Assembly (NCBI GenBank): GCA_002421785.1 | Contig: DIRZ01000001.1 | Coordinates: 120,001-152,000 of the forward strand | DNA from: Candidatus Saccharimonadota bacterium | Lineage (GTDB): Bacteria > Patescibacteriota > Saccharimonadia > Saccharimonadales > Saccharimonadaceae | DNA length: 32,000 nt | Reading direction: 5' to 3' | In this document: positions 16,344-25,813 of the stretch, one piece after another | Layout: the number at the start of each line of letters is the position of its first letter | How positions within the stretch are numbered: the first letter of the stretch is position 1 | The notes under the pieces: generated by a model | The model's database searches: none | What the model was told of the DNA's origin: nothing | Seen by the model: the letters and a program-made list of their open reading frames with translations, nothing else | Translations under genes and position numbers: made by a program

Positions 16344-17432
16344 CTAGTCACTCGCGCCGGAATGCGCTTCAAGGTATGCGTCGATGAATTCATCAATCTT
16401 ACCATCAAGCACTCCCGCCGCGTCACGAGTTTCGTGCTTTGTGCGGGCATCTTTTACCATGGTATACGGGTGAAGGACGTAGTTGCGAATCTGCGCACCC
16501 CAACTCGCTGATTCCCCCGCCCTTAGGTCCGCCAGCGTTTCGGCATGCTGCTCCATGCGCATTTGCGCCAGTTTGCCGCGCAGAATTTTCATAGCCGTTT
16601 CTTTATTTTGCAGTTGCGAGCGTTCATTTTGGATTGCCACCACCGTATTAGTTGGTAAATGCGTAATGCGCACCGCTGAGTCGGTCGTATTAACACTTTG
16701 GCCGCCATGGCCCCCGCTACGGTATACATCAATTTTCAGGTCTTTATCGTCAATTACCACTTCGTCAGGTGCATCAATTTCCGGCATTGCCTCTACAAGC
16801 GCAAAGCTTGTTTGGCGTAAATTATCGCTGTTAAACGGACTAAGTCGCACAAGCCGATGGACACCGTGCTCGCCACGCAGTTTGCCGTACGCATACAGCC
16901 CGCGGACGCTATACGTCGCGTTTTTAATACCCGCCTCTTCGCCAGTTGCTCGTTCAATTAATTCAACCGTCATACCTGCTTTTTCTGCCCACCGAAGGTA
17001 CATACGCTCTAGCATTTCAGTCCAATCCTGCGCGTCCGTACCACCTGCTCCAGCGCTGAGCTTTAGGATTGCCGCGTGGTTATCAAATTCACCATTAAAT
17101 AGTAGTGTCTTGCGCAAATCGGCATACGATGATTCATAGACCGCAAGTTGTTCTTCCACCTCAGCCGCCAGCGAATCGTCACCCATCCCAATTAGCTCGG
17201 TAATATCCGCTAGCTGGGCCCTGAGTGCTTGCCACGGCTCAATCAATGAACGCAGTTCGGCCGAGCGTCGCGACAGCGTCGTAGCGCGCGATGCATCATT
17301 CCATACACCGCTGTCCGCAAGCTGTTCGTCAACTACCGCGAGCTCCCTAGCTTGCGCTTCAATATGAAGCCGCTCACAGGCGTCTTCAATTTGCTTGCTC
17401 AGATCAGTCGCGCGTTTTTTGAGAGGTTGCAT
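16344..17432 (-). CDS. prfB: Peptide chain release factor 2, encoded in one uninterrupted frame
   Basis: The protein is 362 aa. It has the SPF tripeptide in RLSPFNS and the GGQ motif in RSGGHGGQSVN. There is no internal in-frame stop or +1 frameshift site. Confidence 0.95.
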   Translation of the reverse strand: MQPLKKRATDLSKQIEDACERLHIEAQARELAVVDEQLADSGVWNDASRATTLSRRSAELRSLIEPWQALRAQLADITELIGMGDDSLAAEVEEQLAVYESSYADLRKTLLFNGEFDNHAAILKLSAGAGGTDAQDWTEMLERMYLRWAEKAGMTVELIERATGEEAGIKNATYSVRGLYAYGKLRGEHGVHRLVRLSPFNSDNLRQTSFALVEAMPEIDAPDEVVIDDKDLKIDVYRSGGHGGQSVNTTDSAVRITHLPTNTVVAIQNERSQLQNKETAMKILRGKLAQMRMEQHAETLADLRAGESASWGAQIRNYVLHPYTMVKDARTKHETRDAAGVLDGKIDEFIDAYLEAHSGASD

Positions 17433-17467
17433 TAGTTCTAGTATACCGCACTGCTATACTAGAACTA
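17433..17467. promoter_or_regulatory. Perfect 13-bp inverted repeat carrying mirrored -10 boxes for divergent prfB and murI
   Basis: TAGTTCTAGTATA (17433-17445), a 9-nt spacer, then TATACTAGAACTA (17455-17467). Each arm presents TATACT 6-7 nt upstream of its gene's ATG. Confidence 0.5.
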
Positions 17468-18111
17468 TGCAAATCGGCGTATTCGACTCGGGCAAAGGTG
17501 GTGCGTTTGTTGCCGATCGCCTGCGGCAGCTCGTCCCAAGCTGCACCTTTGTACTCGTCGATGATTCCGCAAATGTTCCGTACGGCTCACGGCCAACCAG
17601 CGAAGTTATCGAACTTACCGATCAAGCCATTCAGCCGCTTCTCGCCACGTGCCCAATCATAATTATCGCCTGTAATACAGCAACAACGGCTGGTATACAT
17701 GAACTACGCCGTCGGTATCCTAACACCACATTTATCGGTATCGAGCCGATGCTAAAGCCCGCGCAAGCACAAACAAAAACAGGCCGCATTACGGTCCTGG
17801 CAACTCCCGGTACACTCCGCAGCAAGCGCTACCAAGAGCTCAAACAGCTCTTTGCGCATGTATCGACCGTTGATGAGCCCGATACGATCGATTGGGCGCG
17901 AAAAATAGAAGATGGGCTTGCGCATGAGATTGATCTCAGTGAGCTTCACGGTAGCATTAGTAACGGAAGCGATACTCTTGTGCTCGCATGCACACACTAC
18001 ATTGGTATCAAGGATCACTTACAAAAGGCATACCCAGCTGTTGCGATACTTGAGCCGTCAGGGGCTATTGCGGAGCGTCTGATGCAGCTGCTGCCACGGC
18101 ATTCGCGCTAG
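17467..18111 (+). CDS. murI: Glutamate racemase
   Basis: Diagnostic segments are MQIGVFDSGKGGAFVA, IIIACNTATTAG and LVLACTHY, the last two holding the catalytic Cys residues. The start is taken at ATG 17467. The track's 17395 start would run through the prfB start. Confidence 0.9.
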   Translation: MQIGVFDSGKGGAFVADRLRQLVPSCTFVLVDDSANVPYGSRPTSEVIELTDQAIQPLLATCPIIIIACNTATTAGIHELRRRYPNTTFIGIEPMLKPAQAQTKTGRITVLATPGTLRSKRYQELKQLFAHVSTVDEPDTIDWARKIEDGLAHEIDLSELHGSISNGSDTLVLACTHYIGIKDHLQKAYPAVAILEPSGAIAERLMQLLPRHSR

Positions 18112-18967
18112 GCTCGACATACGACTTCCACCTATCAATGTGGCTCAGTCGACGAACTAAAAATGGATGCGTGCTAAATGTTTGCGCAAGTCGGTTCATC
18201 GGCCGCTCCGCATTATACTGAAGCCATTGCCGCGCTGTTTCATTCATTGCCTTCGCAACATCTGGACCGATATGTACCTTTATGAGCGCTTCTTTAACAA
18301 GCTCTGAATCAGCCATATACATCAGCGCTAGCCGGTCGCAGGTTAGCTCAGTCCGGCGCTGCCAGAACCCAGCAATCCAGGTGCCAATCACATTAATAAC
18401 TGGCACGACCAAAAACGGTGAAATGTAGACGCTCGCGTGAGTGTGGCCAAATTTAATATGGCCCATTTCATGAACTACCACCACCTTCAGCTCATCGTGC
18501 GTTAAGTAGCGAATTGATCCAGAATGGAGCACGATAGTATACGGCTTAATATAGCCAAACGCGTAGGCATTAATCACCGGGTCCTGGGTAACAAATATTT
18601 CGACACGAGGCATTTCCAGATCAGCTGCAACCTGGTTCGCCCACTCCCGGAGCCACGCATAGTCGCTGTATTCTACTTGTAGCGCGTTTCCGAGCATCAC
18701 CTGGCGCTGCATACGCACCATGAACATCCCCAGCAATAACACACTCACAAACACGACCAGGCTTCCTATGAACGCAGCAAGCAATCCACCCGCAATTGTA
18801 CCAATTTGCTGATCACTCGCCGCAAATTCGTCACCAGCAAAGTAACTTACCAAAAAATACACTCCTGACATAGCAAAAAATGTCATAAACGTCATCGACA
18901 ACACCACAAGATCGCTGGACGACGAAGCTCTTCGCACCGCCAGCTGCCCCTTCGTTTCTTGTACCAT
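18065..18967 (-). CDS. M48-family (HtpX-like) membrane zinc metallopeptidase
   Basis: The protein is 300 aa with N-terminal TM helices and an HEXXH motif in VVVHEMGHIKFGH. Confidence 0.8.
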   Translation of the reverse strand: MVQETKGQLAVRRASSSSDLVVLSMTFMTFFAMSGVYFLVSYFAGDEFAASDQQIGTIAGGLLAAFIGSLVVFVSVLLLGMFMVRMQRQVMLGNALQVEYSDYAWLREWANQVAADLEMPRVEIFVTQDPVINAYAFGYIKPYTIVLHSGSIRYLTHDELKVVVVHEMGHIKFGHTHASVYISPFLVVPVINVIGTWIAGFWQRRTELTCDRLALMYMADSELVKEALIKVHIGPDVAKAMNETARQWLQYNAERPMNRLAQTFSTHPFLVRRLSHIDRWKSYVEPSANAVAAAASDAPQ

Positions 18968-18969
18968 TT

Positions 18970-20250
18970 TTACAGTCCCTCCACGGCAGTGATGAATTGC
19001 TCACCCCTGTCACTATAGCTTTTGTACTGATCAAAACTTGCGCTCGCCGGGCTTAATAACACACGGCTTCCGGGCTGCGCCATACGCGCCGCACGCGACA
19101 CAACCATAAGCATTCCACCCTGCTCACGCTCGCACGGCACACCATATTGTACACATAACTGCTCAATACGCTCACCCGTTTGGCCAATTGCAATAACTGA
19201 CGCGCCCACAGCTTTACATGTTGCAATAATTTCCATGTAGTCAGCGCCTTTATCTGACCCCCCAAGAATAATCACGTTTCTGCCTGGGAATGAACGCAGC
19301 GCCGCAATAGCAGAACCTGGCGTGGTTGCGATACTATCATCAAAGTACTCGACATCGTTAACTGTCCGAACATATTTCAGGCGATGAGGGAGGCCCGCGA
19401 ACGCGCGAAGACCGGCTTCGACAAAGGCTGGGTCTACCCCTGCCGCCAAGGCAGCAGTAATTGCCGCACAGGCGTTATCTTGGTTATGAGCACCAGGAAG
19501 TTGTAACGCATCAACTGAACAAATTACACCATTTGGGCCGATAAATTCAGCTTCTCGAACGTAAACGCCCCCGCCATCTGCATTCGCGTACCGTACTCGT
19601 CGACCACTCCCCAGCTCGGCAATCTGCTGGGAAAGTGCGTTAGTTGGATGATAGATGACCGTGTCCCGCTCAGACTGAAAACGCGCAATATTCGCCTTAG
19701 CCCCTACATATTCATCCATATCACGGTGAATATCCAGGTGATCAGGCTCTATCATCAGCACAACGGCAATCTGTGGACTCTTCTGCAAGTCCCACAGCTG
19801 AAAACTGCTCATTTCAAACACTACTACATCTGATGGTTGAATCGAGGGTAGTAAATCGAGCGGCGGAACACCAATATTCCCCACTAAGTGCACGCGCTGG
19901 CCGCTTGCACGGAGTATGGCGGCAATCAGGCTACACGTTGTGCCCTTGCCCTTCGTTCCTGTCACGCCAATCACTGGTGCAGGGCAAAGTGCCATAAACT
20001 CATTCGCCTGCGTCCAGACTTTGCCGCGCGTATGAATACTGTCTGGTCGCATTGGCGGAGTGCGAACCACCACATCAAAATCTTCGAGCTGTGCGAACGC
20101 GTCATCGGCAACGATTGCCTGCGCGCCATCGGGAACGGGATAATCAGGTGAAACTTTTGTCGTCACAATTGTCACGTCTTCGCCACGATTCGTGAAATAC
20201 CGGTAACTTGATTGTCCTTCGGCACCGTACCCCGCAATTGCAACTTTCAT
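18970..20250 (-). CDS. murD: UDP-N-acetylmuramoylalanine--D-glutamate ligase
   Basis: The protein is 426 aa. It has the Mur-ligase P-loop GVTGTKGKGTT and the MurD-type N-terminal Rossmann segment MKVAIAGYGAEGQS. Confidence 0.9.
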   Translation of the reverse strand: MKVAIAGYGAEGQSSYRYFTNRGEDVTIVTTKVSPDYPVPDGAQAIVADDAFAQLEDFDVVVRTPPMRPDSIHTRGKVWTQANEFMALCPAPVIGVTGTKGKGTTCSLIAAILRASGQRVHLVGNIGVPPLDLLPSIQPSDVVVFEMSSFQLWDLQKSPQIAVVLMIEPDHLDIHRDMDEYVGAKANIARFQSERDTVIYHPTNALSQQIAELGSGRRVRYANADGGGVYVREAEFIGPNGVICSVDALQLPGAHNQDNACAAITAALAAGVDPAFVEAGLRAFAGLPHRLKYVRTVNDVEYFDDSIATTPGSAIAALRSFPGRNVIILGGSDKGADYMEIIATCKAVGASVIAIGQTGERIEQLCVQYGVPCEREQGGMLMVVSRAARMAQPGSRVLLSPASASFDQYKSYSDRGEQFITAVEGL

Positions 20251-20255
20251 GTTCC

Positions 20256-21542
20256 CTACCCCTTGTTAAATATTGATTCGAGCTTCTTGTTTAGCGCGAC
20301 GAGTTCTTCCTTTTCGCCGCTACTGACACCCGCGAGAACCCAGGTATTATGAACGATAAACTCACGAGCCGTCGCGAGCATCCGCTCCAGTGTAATACTC
20401 CGAATCGCATCGGGCACCTTGTCATAGTCTTTTACGACGCCATCACCAAAATAGCGACCACTATAAAAATTGCTAATCTGCGATACCGTTTGTGCGCCCA
20501 TCTGGTGCCTCCCGAGAGCGTAAGACTTAGCAGCATCAAGCTCCTCAGTGGTAATCTTGCCGTCCATGACAGCCTTCACTTCTCGCACAATAATATCGAA
20601 CAATCCATCCGCAGTATCTAGGTTTACCTGGCCCCCAAAATCCCAGCTGCTGTCATGAAAGCCAACGCTCGTGTCGCTAAACATTCCGTAAGCAAGGCCT
20701 TTTTTACGAGCAGAGCCATAAATTCTTGAGTGCATTGTACCCGTTAAAATCTGGTCAAGACACGCCATCGCTTCAGCTTCTTCGTCGCTCAGCTCGCGCG
20801 GCAGGGTCATACTCCAACCAAACGTAAGATTACTCGCTTCCTTGCGTCGAATTAGCGTTGGATTGCCACTTGTTAATTCGTCTTTAGGTACATCAAATCG
20901 CTCGCCACGAGGCAGCTCCCATGTTTCAAGCATGCGCTGGATTTGCGCCTTACGGCCATCTAGCCTACCAGCGATCACAAAGCGCATATTATCGGAAGTA
21001 TGCGTCCGCTTGTGGTGCTCGCGGATGTCTTTGAGCTGCACATTATTAATCGTCTGTAGCCGCTGCCAGAACGTATAAACGTCCTCACCGAGCAATTGCT
21101 GAATCTTCGGCCACAACACGCGGTTATGATTGTTGAGGTAGCCAGTAAGCTCGCTCTTCACGTTGCCCTTTTCAGCTTCAAGCTCGACGTTATTAAACCG
21201 AGGCTGGCAAATCGCAACTTGCTGCAGCTCAAGGATTCGCTCCCATTCAAAATCTGCACAGTCCGCAACGTACGCCATTGATAAATCGCTTGTATAGGCG
21301 TTATGGTAGGCCCCGTTTTTCGTAAAATCAGCTTCGTATGCGTGTTCGCTCTTGTACTTAGCGTTCGCGCCAAAGGCCATGTGCTCCATGATATGAGCTG
21401 TCTCATAGATATCTTTGCTCTTCACATAGCGGTTCCCGGCACGGAACTGGAATTGAAAACTCATGACCGTCGCGCCGGGAATATCGATGAGCAATCCGCG
21501 CGCGCCATTTTTCAAGCGTAATTCAGTGGTGGTGTGCTTCAT
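20256..21542 (-). CDS. M16-family (pitrilysin/insulinase-like) zinc peptidase
   Basis: The protein is 428 aa with the inverted zinc motif HXXEH in AHIMEHMAFG. Confidence 0.8.
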   Translation of the reverse strand: MKHTTTELRLKNGARGLLIDIPGATVMSFQFQFRAGNRYVKSKDIYETAHIMEHMAFGANAKYKSEHAYEADFTKNGAYHNAYTSDLSMAYVADCADFEWERILELQQVAICQPRFNNVELEAEKGNVKSELTGYLNNHNRVLWPKIQQLLGEDVYTFWQRLQTINNVQLKDIREHHKRTHTSDNMRFVIAGRLDGRKAQIQRMLETWELPRGERFDVPKDELTSGNPTLIRRKEASNLTFGWSMTLPRELSDEEAEAMACLDQILTGTMHSRIYGSARKKGLAYGMFSDTSVGFHDSSWDFGGQVNLDTADGLFDIIVREVKAVMDGKITTEELDAAKSYALGRHQMGAQTVSQISNFYSGRYFGDGVVKDYDKVPDAIRSITLERMLATAREFIVHNTWVLAGVSSGEKEELVALNKKLESIFNKG

Positions 21543-21545
21543 GGC

Positions 21546-24176
21546 CTAGTGCTTCTTCTTGCGATTCTGGCGCTGCGCCTTCTTCTTTTTGCGAGCAGCG
21601 TTACGTTGGTGATTAACGTCAGCTGCAGTTTTACTCTTTTGTACCTTGCCGTCAAAGTCGTGATCGCGGTTCAACTCGCCACCCGTCACTTCATTCACGC
21701 CACGCTCAACAGCGTTTTCAGCAAGCTTCGTTAGTTCTGTTTCGTGTTCATCATCAGTCGCTTCGCGCGTAATTGCATCGGTCTTGTGGACATGGTAAAT
21801 TGCACGCAACACTTCATCGCGCAGAGTTTGCTGCAAGCTGTCAAACAGCTTCTGCGACTCGCTTCGGTACTCGACAAGCGGGTCACGCTGACCAACACTG
21901 CGCCAGTGAATGCCTTCGCGAAGGTGCTGCATGTTTTCGAGATGCTGCATCCAAAGCGTATCGAGCACCTGCAAGTAAACTTCACGCTCAACGCCACGAA
22001 TAAGCTCCGTGCCCAACTCTTTTTCCTTAGCGGTATAGAGTTTTTCAGCTGCAGCTTGCGCCAGCTCGCGACGCAACTTATCTTTTTTCTCGGCACCAAT
22101 CGTTGTTAGCTTTTCGGATTCAAGCGGAATCACCGACGTGAATTCATCGGCAAATCGAGGATTATTCTTCGCTGGAACCACGGTAAGTTCTGCTACCTTT
22201 TCGCGAAGAAGGCGCTGGATTTCAGGCTGAATGTTGTCGCCCTCGAGAATACGTCGACGCATCGTGTATACAACTTTACGGTGACGATTGATCACGTTGT
22301 CGTATTGCACCACGTTCTTGCGAGTATCAAAGTTGTAGCCTTCGACACGTTTCTGCGCGGCTTCTAGTGTCTTGCTGACGGCCTTGTTTTGGATTGCCGT
22401 CTCTTCGTCGACGCCCAATCTATCCATGAGGGCCGCGATACGCTCTCCCTGGAAAATTCGCATCAAATCATCTTCGGTACTCACGTAGAACTGCGTATCG
22501 CCTGGGTCACCCTGTCGACCGCCGCGGCCACGAAGCTGGTTATCGATACGACGGCTTTCGTGACGCTCGGAACCAATAACGACTAGTCCGCCAAGCTCAC
22601 GAACACCCTCGCCGAGTTTGATGTCTGTTCCACGACCGGCGATGTTCGTTGCAAGTGTAATTGCGCCCTTCTGGCCAGCCTTTTCAACAATCGCCGCTTC
22701 ACGCTCATTGTTCTTAGCGTTAAGAATCTCGTATTCGATACCCTCTTTATCGAGCCACTCCGCAATCATCTCGTTCTTAGCGATACTTCCCGACCCAACC
22801 AAAACTGGACGGCCTTCTGCATGGTATGCTTTGATTGCTTCAGCTACGGCCTTTAACTTACCCTTTTCCGTCTTGTAAATAAGGTCTTCGTGATCCTTTC
22901 GAACAATCGTCTTGTTTGGTGGAACGACCACGACATCAAGGCTGTAAATCTGCTGGAATTCTTCGGCTTCGGTAAATGCCGTACCGGTCATACCACTCAG
23001 TTTTTTGTACAAACGGAAGTAGTTCTGGAACGAAATCGTCGCGAGCGTCATGCTTTCTTGCAGCACCGGCACGCCCTCTTTGGCCTCGATTGCTTGGTGT
23101 AGGCCTTCGTTATAGCGGTTACCTTGCTTCAGGCGACCCGTATGCTCATCCACGATGATCACTTCGCCATTATTAGTAACAACATAATCTTTGTCGCGAT
23201 GAAAAAGCGTCTGTGCCCGAAGTGCCTGATCCATGTGATATACGCTGCGCACATACTCAGGCGTGTACAAATTTTTTATTCCGAGCATCTTCTGAACTTT
23301 TTCGACACCTTCATCTGTAAGGGAAACGCTTTTGCGTTTTTCGTCGAGGGTATAATCTTCAGGCACCAAACGATTAGCAATTTTCGCAAACTGATAATAA
23401 CTGTCGGGATTCTCTGCCGCAGGTGCACTGATAATGAGGGGGGTACGAGCTTCGTCAATTAAAATCGAGTCAACTTCGTCAACGATCGCGAAGTGCAGGT
23501 CGCGCTGACGGACTAAATCTATTTCGTTAACCATGTTGTCGCGGAGATAATCAAACCCAAACTCATTGTTCGTACCATATGTAATATCCGCTTGGTAAGC
23601 TTCTTTGCGAGAAACTGGGCGAAGTTTTTTCATTCGAGGGTCGCTATGGTGCTCGTTATCATACTTGCTGTCATACACAAACGACGCTTCGTTAATAATA
23701 ACGCCAGTACTGATACCGAGAGCTTCGTAAATCTCTCCCATCCAGCCTGCGTCACGCTGTGCCAAGTAGTCGTTAACCGTCACGATGTGAACACCCTTAC
23801 CTTCGAGGGCGTTCAGGTAGGCAGCAAGCGTTGACATGAGCGTCTTACCTTCACCAGTTTTTAGCTCCGCCACATTACCTTCATGCAGGACCATACTACC
23901 AATCAGCTGGACGTCATAGTGACGCTCACCAATAACCCTATCAGCCATTTCCCGCACGACTGCGAACGCATCAGGCAGAATAGTATCGAGCGTGACACCT
24001 TTTTTCGTCAAACGCTTCTTTAAAACTGCAGTTTGCTCCCGCAGCTCTTTTTTGCTCATTTTCTTATACTTGTCACTCAGCGCGTTGACTTCAACAACAC
24101 GTTTTTGCAGGCGTTTAATGATTCGCTTCTGCGGATCCCCGAAGATTTTTGTTAATGCTTTATCACGATTGACCAT
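21546..24176 (-). CDS. secA: Preprotein translocase ATPase SecA
   Basis: The protein is 876 aa. It has Walker A in MKTGEGKT-like LKTGEGKTL and the DEVDSILIDEARTPLIIS motif. The C-terminus is a Lys/Arg-rich tail with no Cys zinc finger. Confidence 0.97.
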   Translation of the reverse strand: MVNRDKALTKIFGDPQKRIIKRLQKRVVEVNALSDKYKKMSKKELREQTAVLKKRLTKKGVTLDTILPDAFAVVREMADRVIGERHYDVQLIGSMVLHEGNVAELKTGEGKTLMSTLAAYLNALEGKGVHIVTVNDYLAQRDAGWMGEIYEALGISTGVIINEASFVYDSKYDNEHHSDPRMKKLRPVSRKEAYQADITYGTNNEFGFDYLRDNMVNEIDLVRQRDLHFAIVDEVDSILIDEARTPLIISAPAAENPDSYYQFAKIANRLVPEDYTLDEKRKSVSLTDEGVEKVQKMLGIKNLYTPEYVRSVYHMDQALRAQTLFHRDKDYVVTNNGEVIIVDEHTGRLKQGNRYNEGLHQAIEAKEGVPVLQESMTLATISFQNYFRLYKKLSGMTGTAFTEAEEFQQIYSLDVVVVPPNKTIVRKDHEDLIYKTEKGKLKAVAEAIKAYHAEGRPVLVGSGSIAKNEMIAEWLDKEGIEYEILNAKNNEREAAIVEKAGQKGAITLATNIAGRGTDIKLGEGVRELGGLVVIGSERHESRRIDNQLRGRGGRQGDPGDTQFYVSTEDDLMRIFQGERIAALMDRLGVDEETAIQNKAVSKTLEAAQKRVEGYNFDTRKNVVQYDNVINRHRKVVYTMRRRILEGDNIQPEIQRLLREKVAELTVVPAKNNPRFADEFTSVIPLESEKLTTIGAEKKDKLRRELAQAAAEKLYTAKEKELGTELIRGVEREVYLQVLDTLWMQHLENMQHLREGIHWRSVGQRDPLVEYRSESQKLFDSLQQTLRDEVLRAIYHVHKTDAITREATDDEHETELTKLAENAVERGVNEVTGGELNRDHDFDGKVQKSKTAADVNHQRNAARKKKKAQRQNRKKKH

Positions 24177-24272
24177 GTATAACCCTCTGTCTCCTCTAGA
24201 ATATTTCGTTCAAAACTATGAATTATTATACCCTGTTTAGAGCCCAGATAAAAGAGATGAAGCAACGTGAAA

Positions 24273-24647
24273 TTATTGTTCGCGTGCGTAACTTCGCTTA
24301 AAGCGCGCCAATAGCTTGCGACGCCCGACGTGCGGCACCGTTTCCTGCTTGTATTTACGTAACTGTACAGCTAGCTTGGCTTCCACGATATCAACAGCAG
24401 CCAGGACATTGAGCGTCGAGTCTTTTGCGGTTAGCTCTTTGTCGGGAACGGAAATATTTACTTCAACTTCGTATTTATTGCCCTTGTCGCGGTTTACTTC
24501 CGCAACCTTAACCTCTGCGTGCATTGATTTACGCGCGTGACGTGGTGCGAGTCGTTCCAACGAACCGATTTTCTTCTTGATGTATTTTTTGGTAGGTTCA
24601 TCAACGGTGTAAGCGCCGACTCCGGTTATTTCAACTTGTGCGATCAT
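24273..24647 (-). CDS. hpf: Ribosome hibernation / ribosome-associated inhibitor family protein (HPF/RaiA type), 124 aa
   Basis: The sequence MIAQVEITGVGAYTVDEPTKKYIKKKIGSLERL...VEVNISVP...AAVDIVEAKLAVQLRKYK matches the family pattern. An AAAGGGG SD is present. Confidence 0.8.
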   Translation of the reverse strand: MIAQVEITGVGAYTVDEPTKKYIKKKIGSLERLAPRHARKSMHAEVKVAEVNRDKGNKYEVEVNISVPDKELTAKDSTLNVLAAVDIVEAKLAVQLRKYKQETVPHVGRRKLLARFKRSYAREQ

Positions 24648-24688
24648 GTGACCCCTTTCGTTTAACCGTTTCTACTTATAGTATACTC

Positions 24689-25813
24689 TTATTTTACGTC
24701 TGCGCCGATAGCTTGTGCGATGTTTGCATACCCATCGCGCTTCAGCAATGCCACAAGCCCGGCGTTGATGTCACCCACAACTTGCGGGCCCTCGAAGATC
24801 ATTCCCGTGATGAGTGCCACTAGACTTGCGCCCGCTCGAACTTTGTCGTAGGCATCCTGCGCCGTAAATATCCCTCCGACCCCTATAATCACTAGCTTGC
24901 TTCCATAATGCTTATACGTATTATGGATCAAACGCGTCGAAATCTCACGCGTTGGAGCGCCGCTCAAATTCCCCTTCACCTGACTTGGTAAACTATCCTG
25001 TAATTTCAGGCCCTTTCTCTCTTTGCGCAGATTACCAATCGTCACCGCTTGAATGTTATGCTGCACGATCACTTCAAGCAATGCGCGAAATTCTACCCAT
25101 GGCTTATCAATCGGCATTTTTATACTGATGGGCCGATGAATTGCTAAGTCGTCGATTGCCGCGAGCAACATCTCCAGTCGCTCAGGCGTCGTAAAGGGTT
25201 CGCCGCCATGTGTATTTGGGCACGATATATTAATCTCATAAAACGGCGCTACGCCATCGCGCTCAAGACGCTTTAAACTTGCGCAATAGTCGGCAATCGC
25301 CTCCTTGTCAGTTGCAGCGGCGATTGAATTCGTTTTCGCAACCGAGACGACGAGCGGAAAATCATCGAACATACGCCGTGGATAAGTGGTGAGGCGAGCC
25401 GCAATACGCTCGACCCCTTGGTTCGGCAGTCCGGCGTATACTACGAGCGAATGCGACTTCGGCAATCGATGGAACCATGGCTTCGGGTTACCATCGCATA
25501 CTTTAGCCGTGACCGAGCCGCCAACCATAAACCCAAATCCCACATTCCGCATAACCGAAGCCATATCGATATTTTTATCAAATCCAGCACTAAGCCCAAC
25601 GGGATTCACAAACCGCGAACCAAGCAGCGTCTGCTCCAGAAATGACGACTGGTATCCCCACAGGCGTGGAAGCTCACGAATTACTGGAACTTTTTGCACT
25701 ACCTTCGCAGTACGCACCAAGCGATGATGTACGTCATCGGGATGCTGCTTAAACAACAACGGTTTGGCAACATGCTTGTAGCCTAATCGAGTTGCCTGGC
25801 GTATTGTTTTCAT
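24689..25813 (-). CDS. pyrD: Dihydroorotate dehydrogenase-like flavoenzyme, class-2-like fold
   Basis: The protein is 374 aa. Segments align by eye to E. coli PyrD: FVNPVGLSAGFDKN, GNPKPWFHRL, INISCPNT, GNLSGAP, IIGVGGI and GASLVALITGMIFEGP. Cys stands where class 2 enzymes have the catalytic Ser. Confidence 0.75.
   Translation of the reverse strand: MKTIRQATRLGYKHVAKPLLFKQHPDDVHHRLVRTAKVVQKVPVIRELPRLWGYQSSFLEQTLLGSRFVNPVGLSAGFDKNIDMASVMRNVGFGFMVGGSVTAKVCDGNPKPWFHRLPKSHSLVVYAGLPNQGVERIAARLTTYPRRMFDDFPLVVSVAKTNSIAAATDKEAIADYCASLKRLERDGVAPFYEINISCPNTHGGEPFTTPERLEMLLAAIDDLAIHRPISIKMPIDKPWVEFRALLEVIVQHNIQAVTIGNLRKERKGLKLQDSLPSQVKGNLSGAPTREISTRLIHNTYKHYGSKLVIIGVGGIFTAQDAYDKVRAGASLVALITGMIFEGPQVVGDINAGLVALLKRDGYANIAQAIGADVK

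Noticed and set aside
16483-17139. 218-aa plus-strand ORF
   Set aside because: It lies entirely antisense to prfB, whose identity is unambiguous from the SPF and GGQ motifs. Its composition is Ser/Arg/Ala-rich, as expected for an antisense frame.
16344-17432. Search for the programmed +1 frameshift site in prfB
   Set aside because: The frame is continuous and has no internal UGA. I therefore report the absence as a low-interest finding rather than as a recoding feature.
17395-17466. Upstream TTG-initiated extension of murI
   Set aside because: It would overlap the prfB start and read through the palindromic spacer. The conserved MurI N-terminus (MQIGVFDSGxGG) begins at 17467.
21546-21700. 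The SecA C-terminus lacks the Cys zinc-finger and ends in a Lys/Arg-rich tail (RKKKKAQRQNRKKKH)
   Set aside because: Many bacteria without SecB have SecA variants lacking the zinc-binding tail. This is probably ordinary lineage variation.
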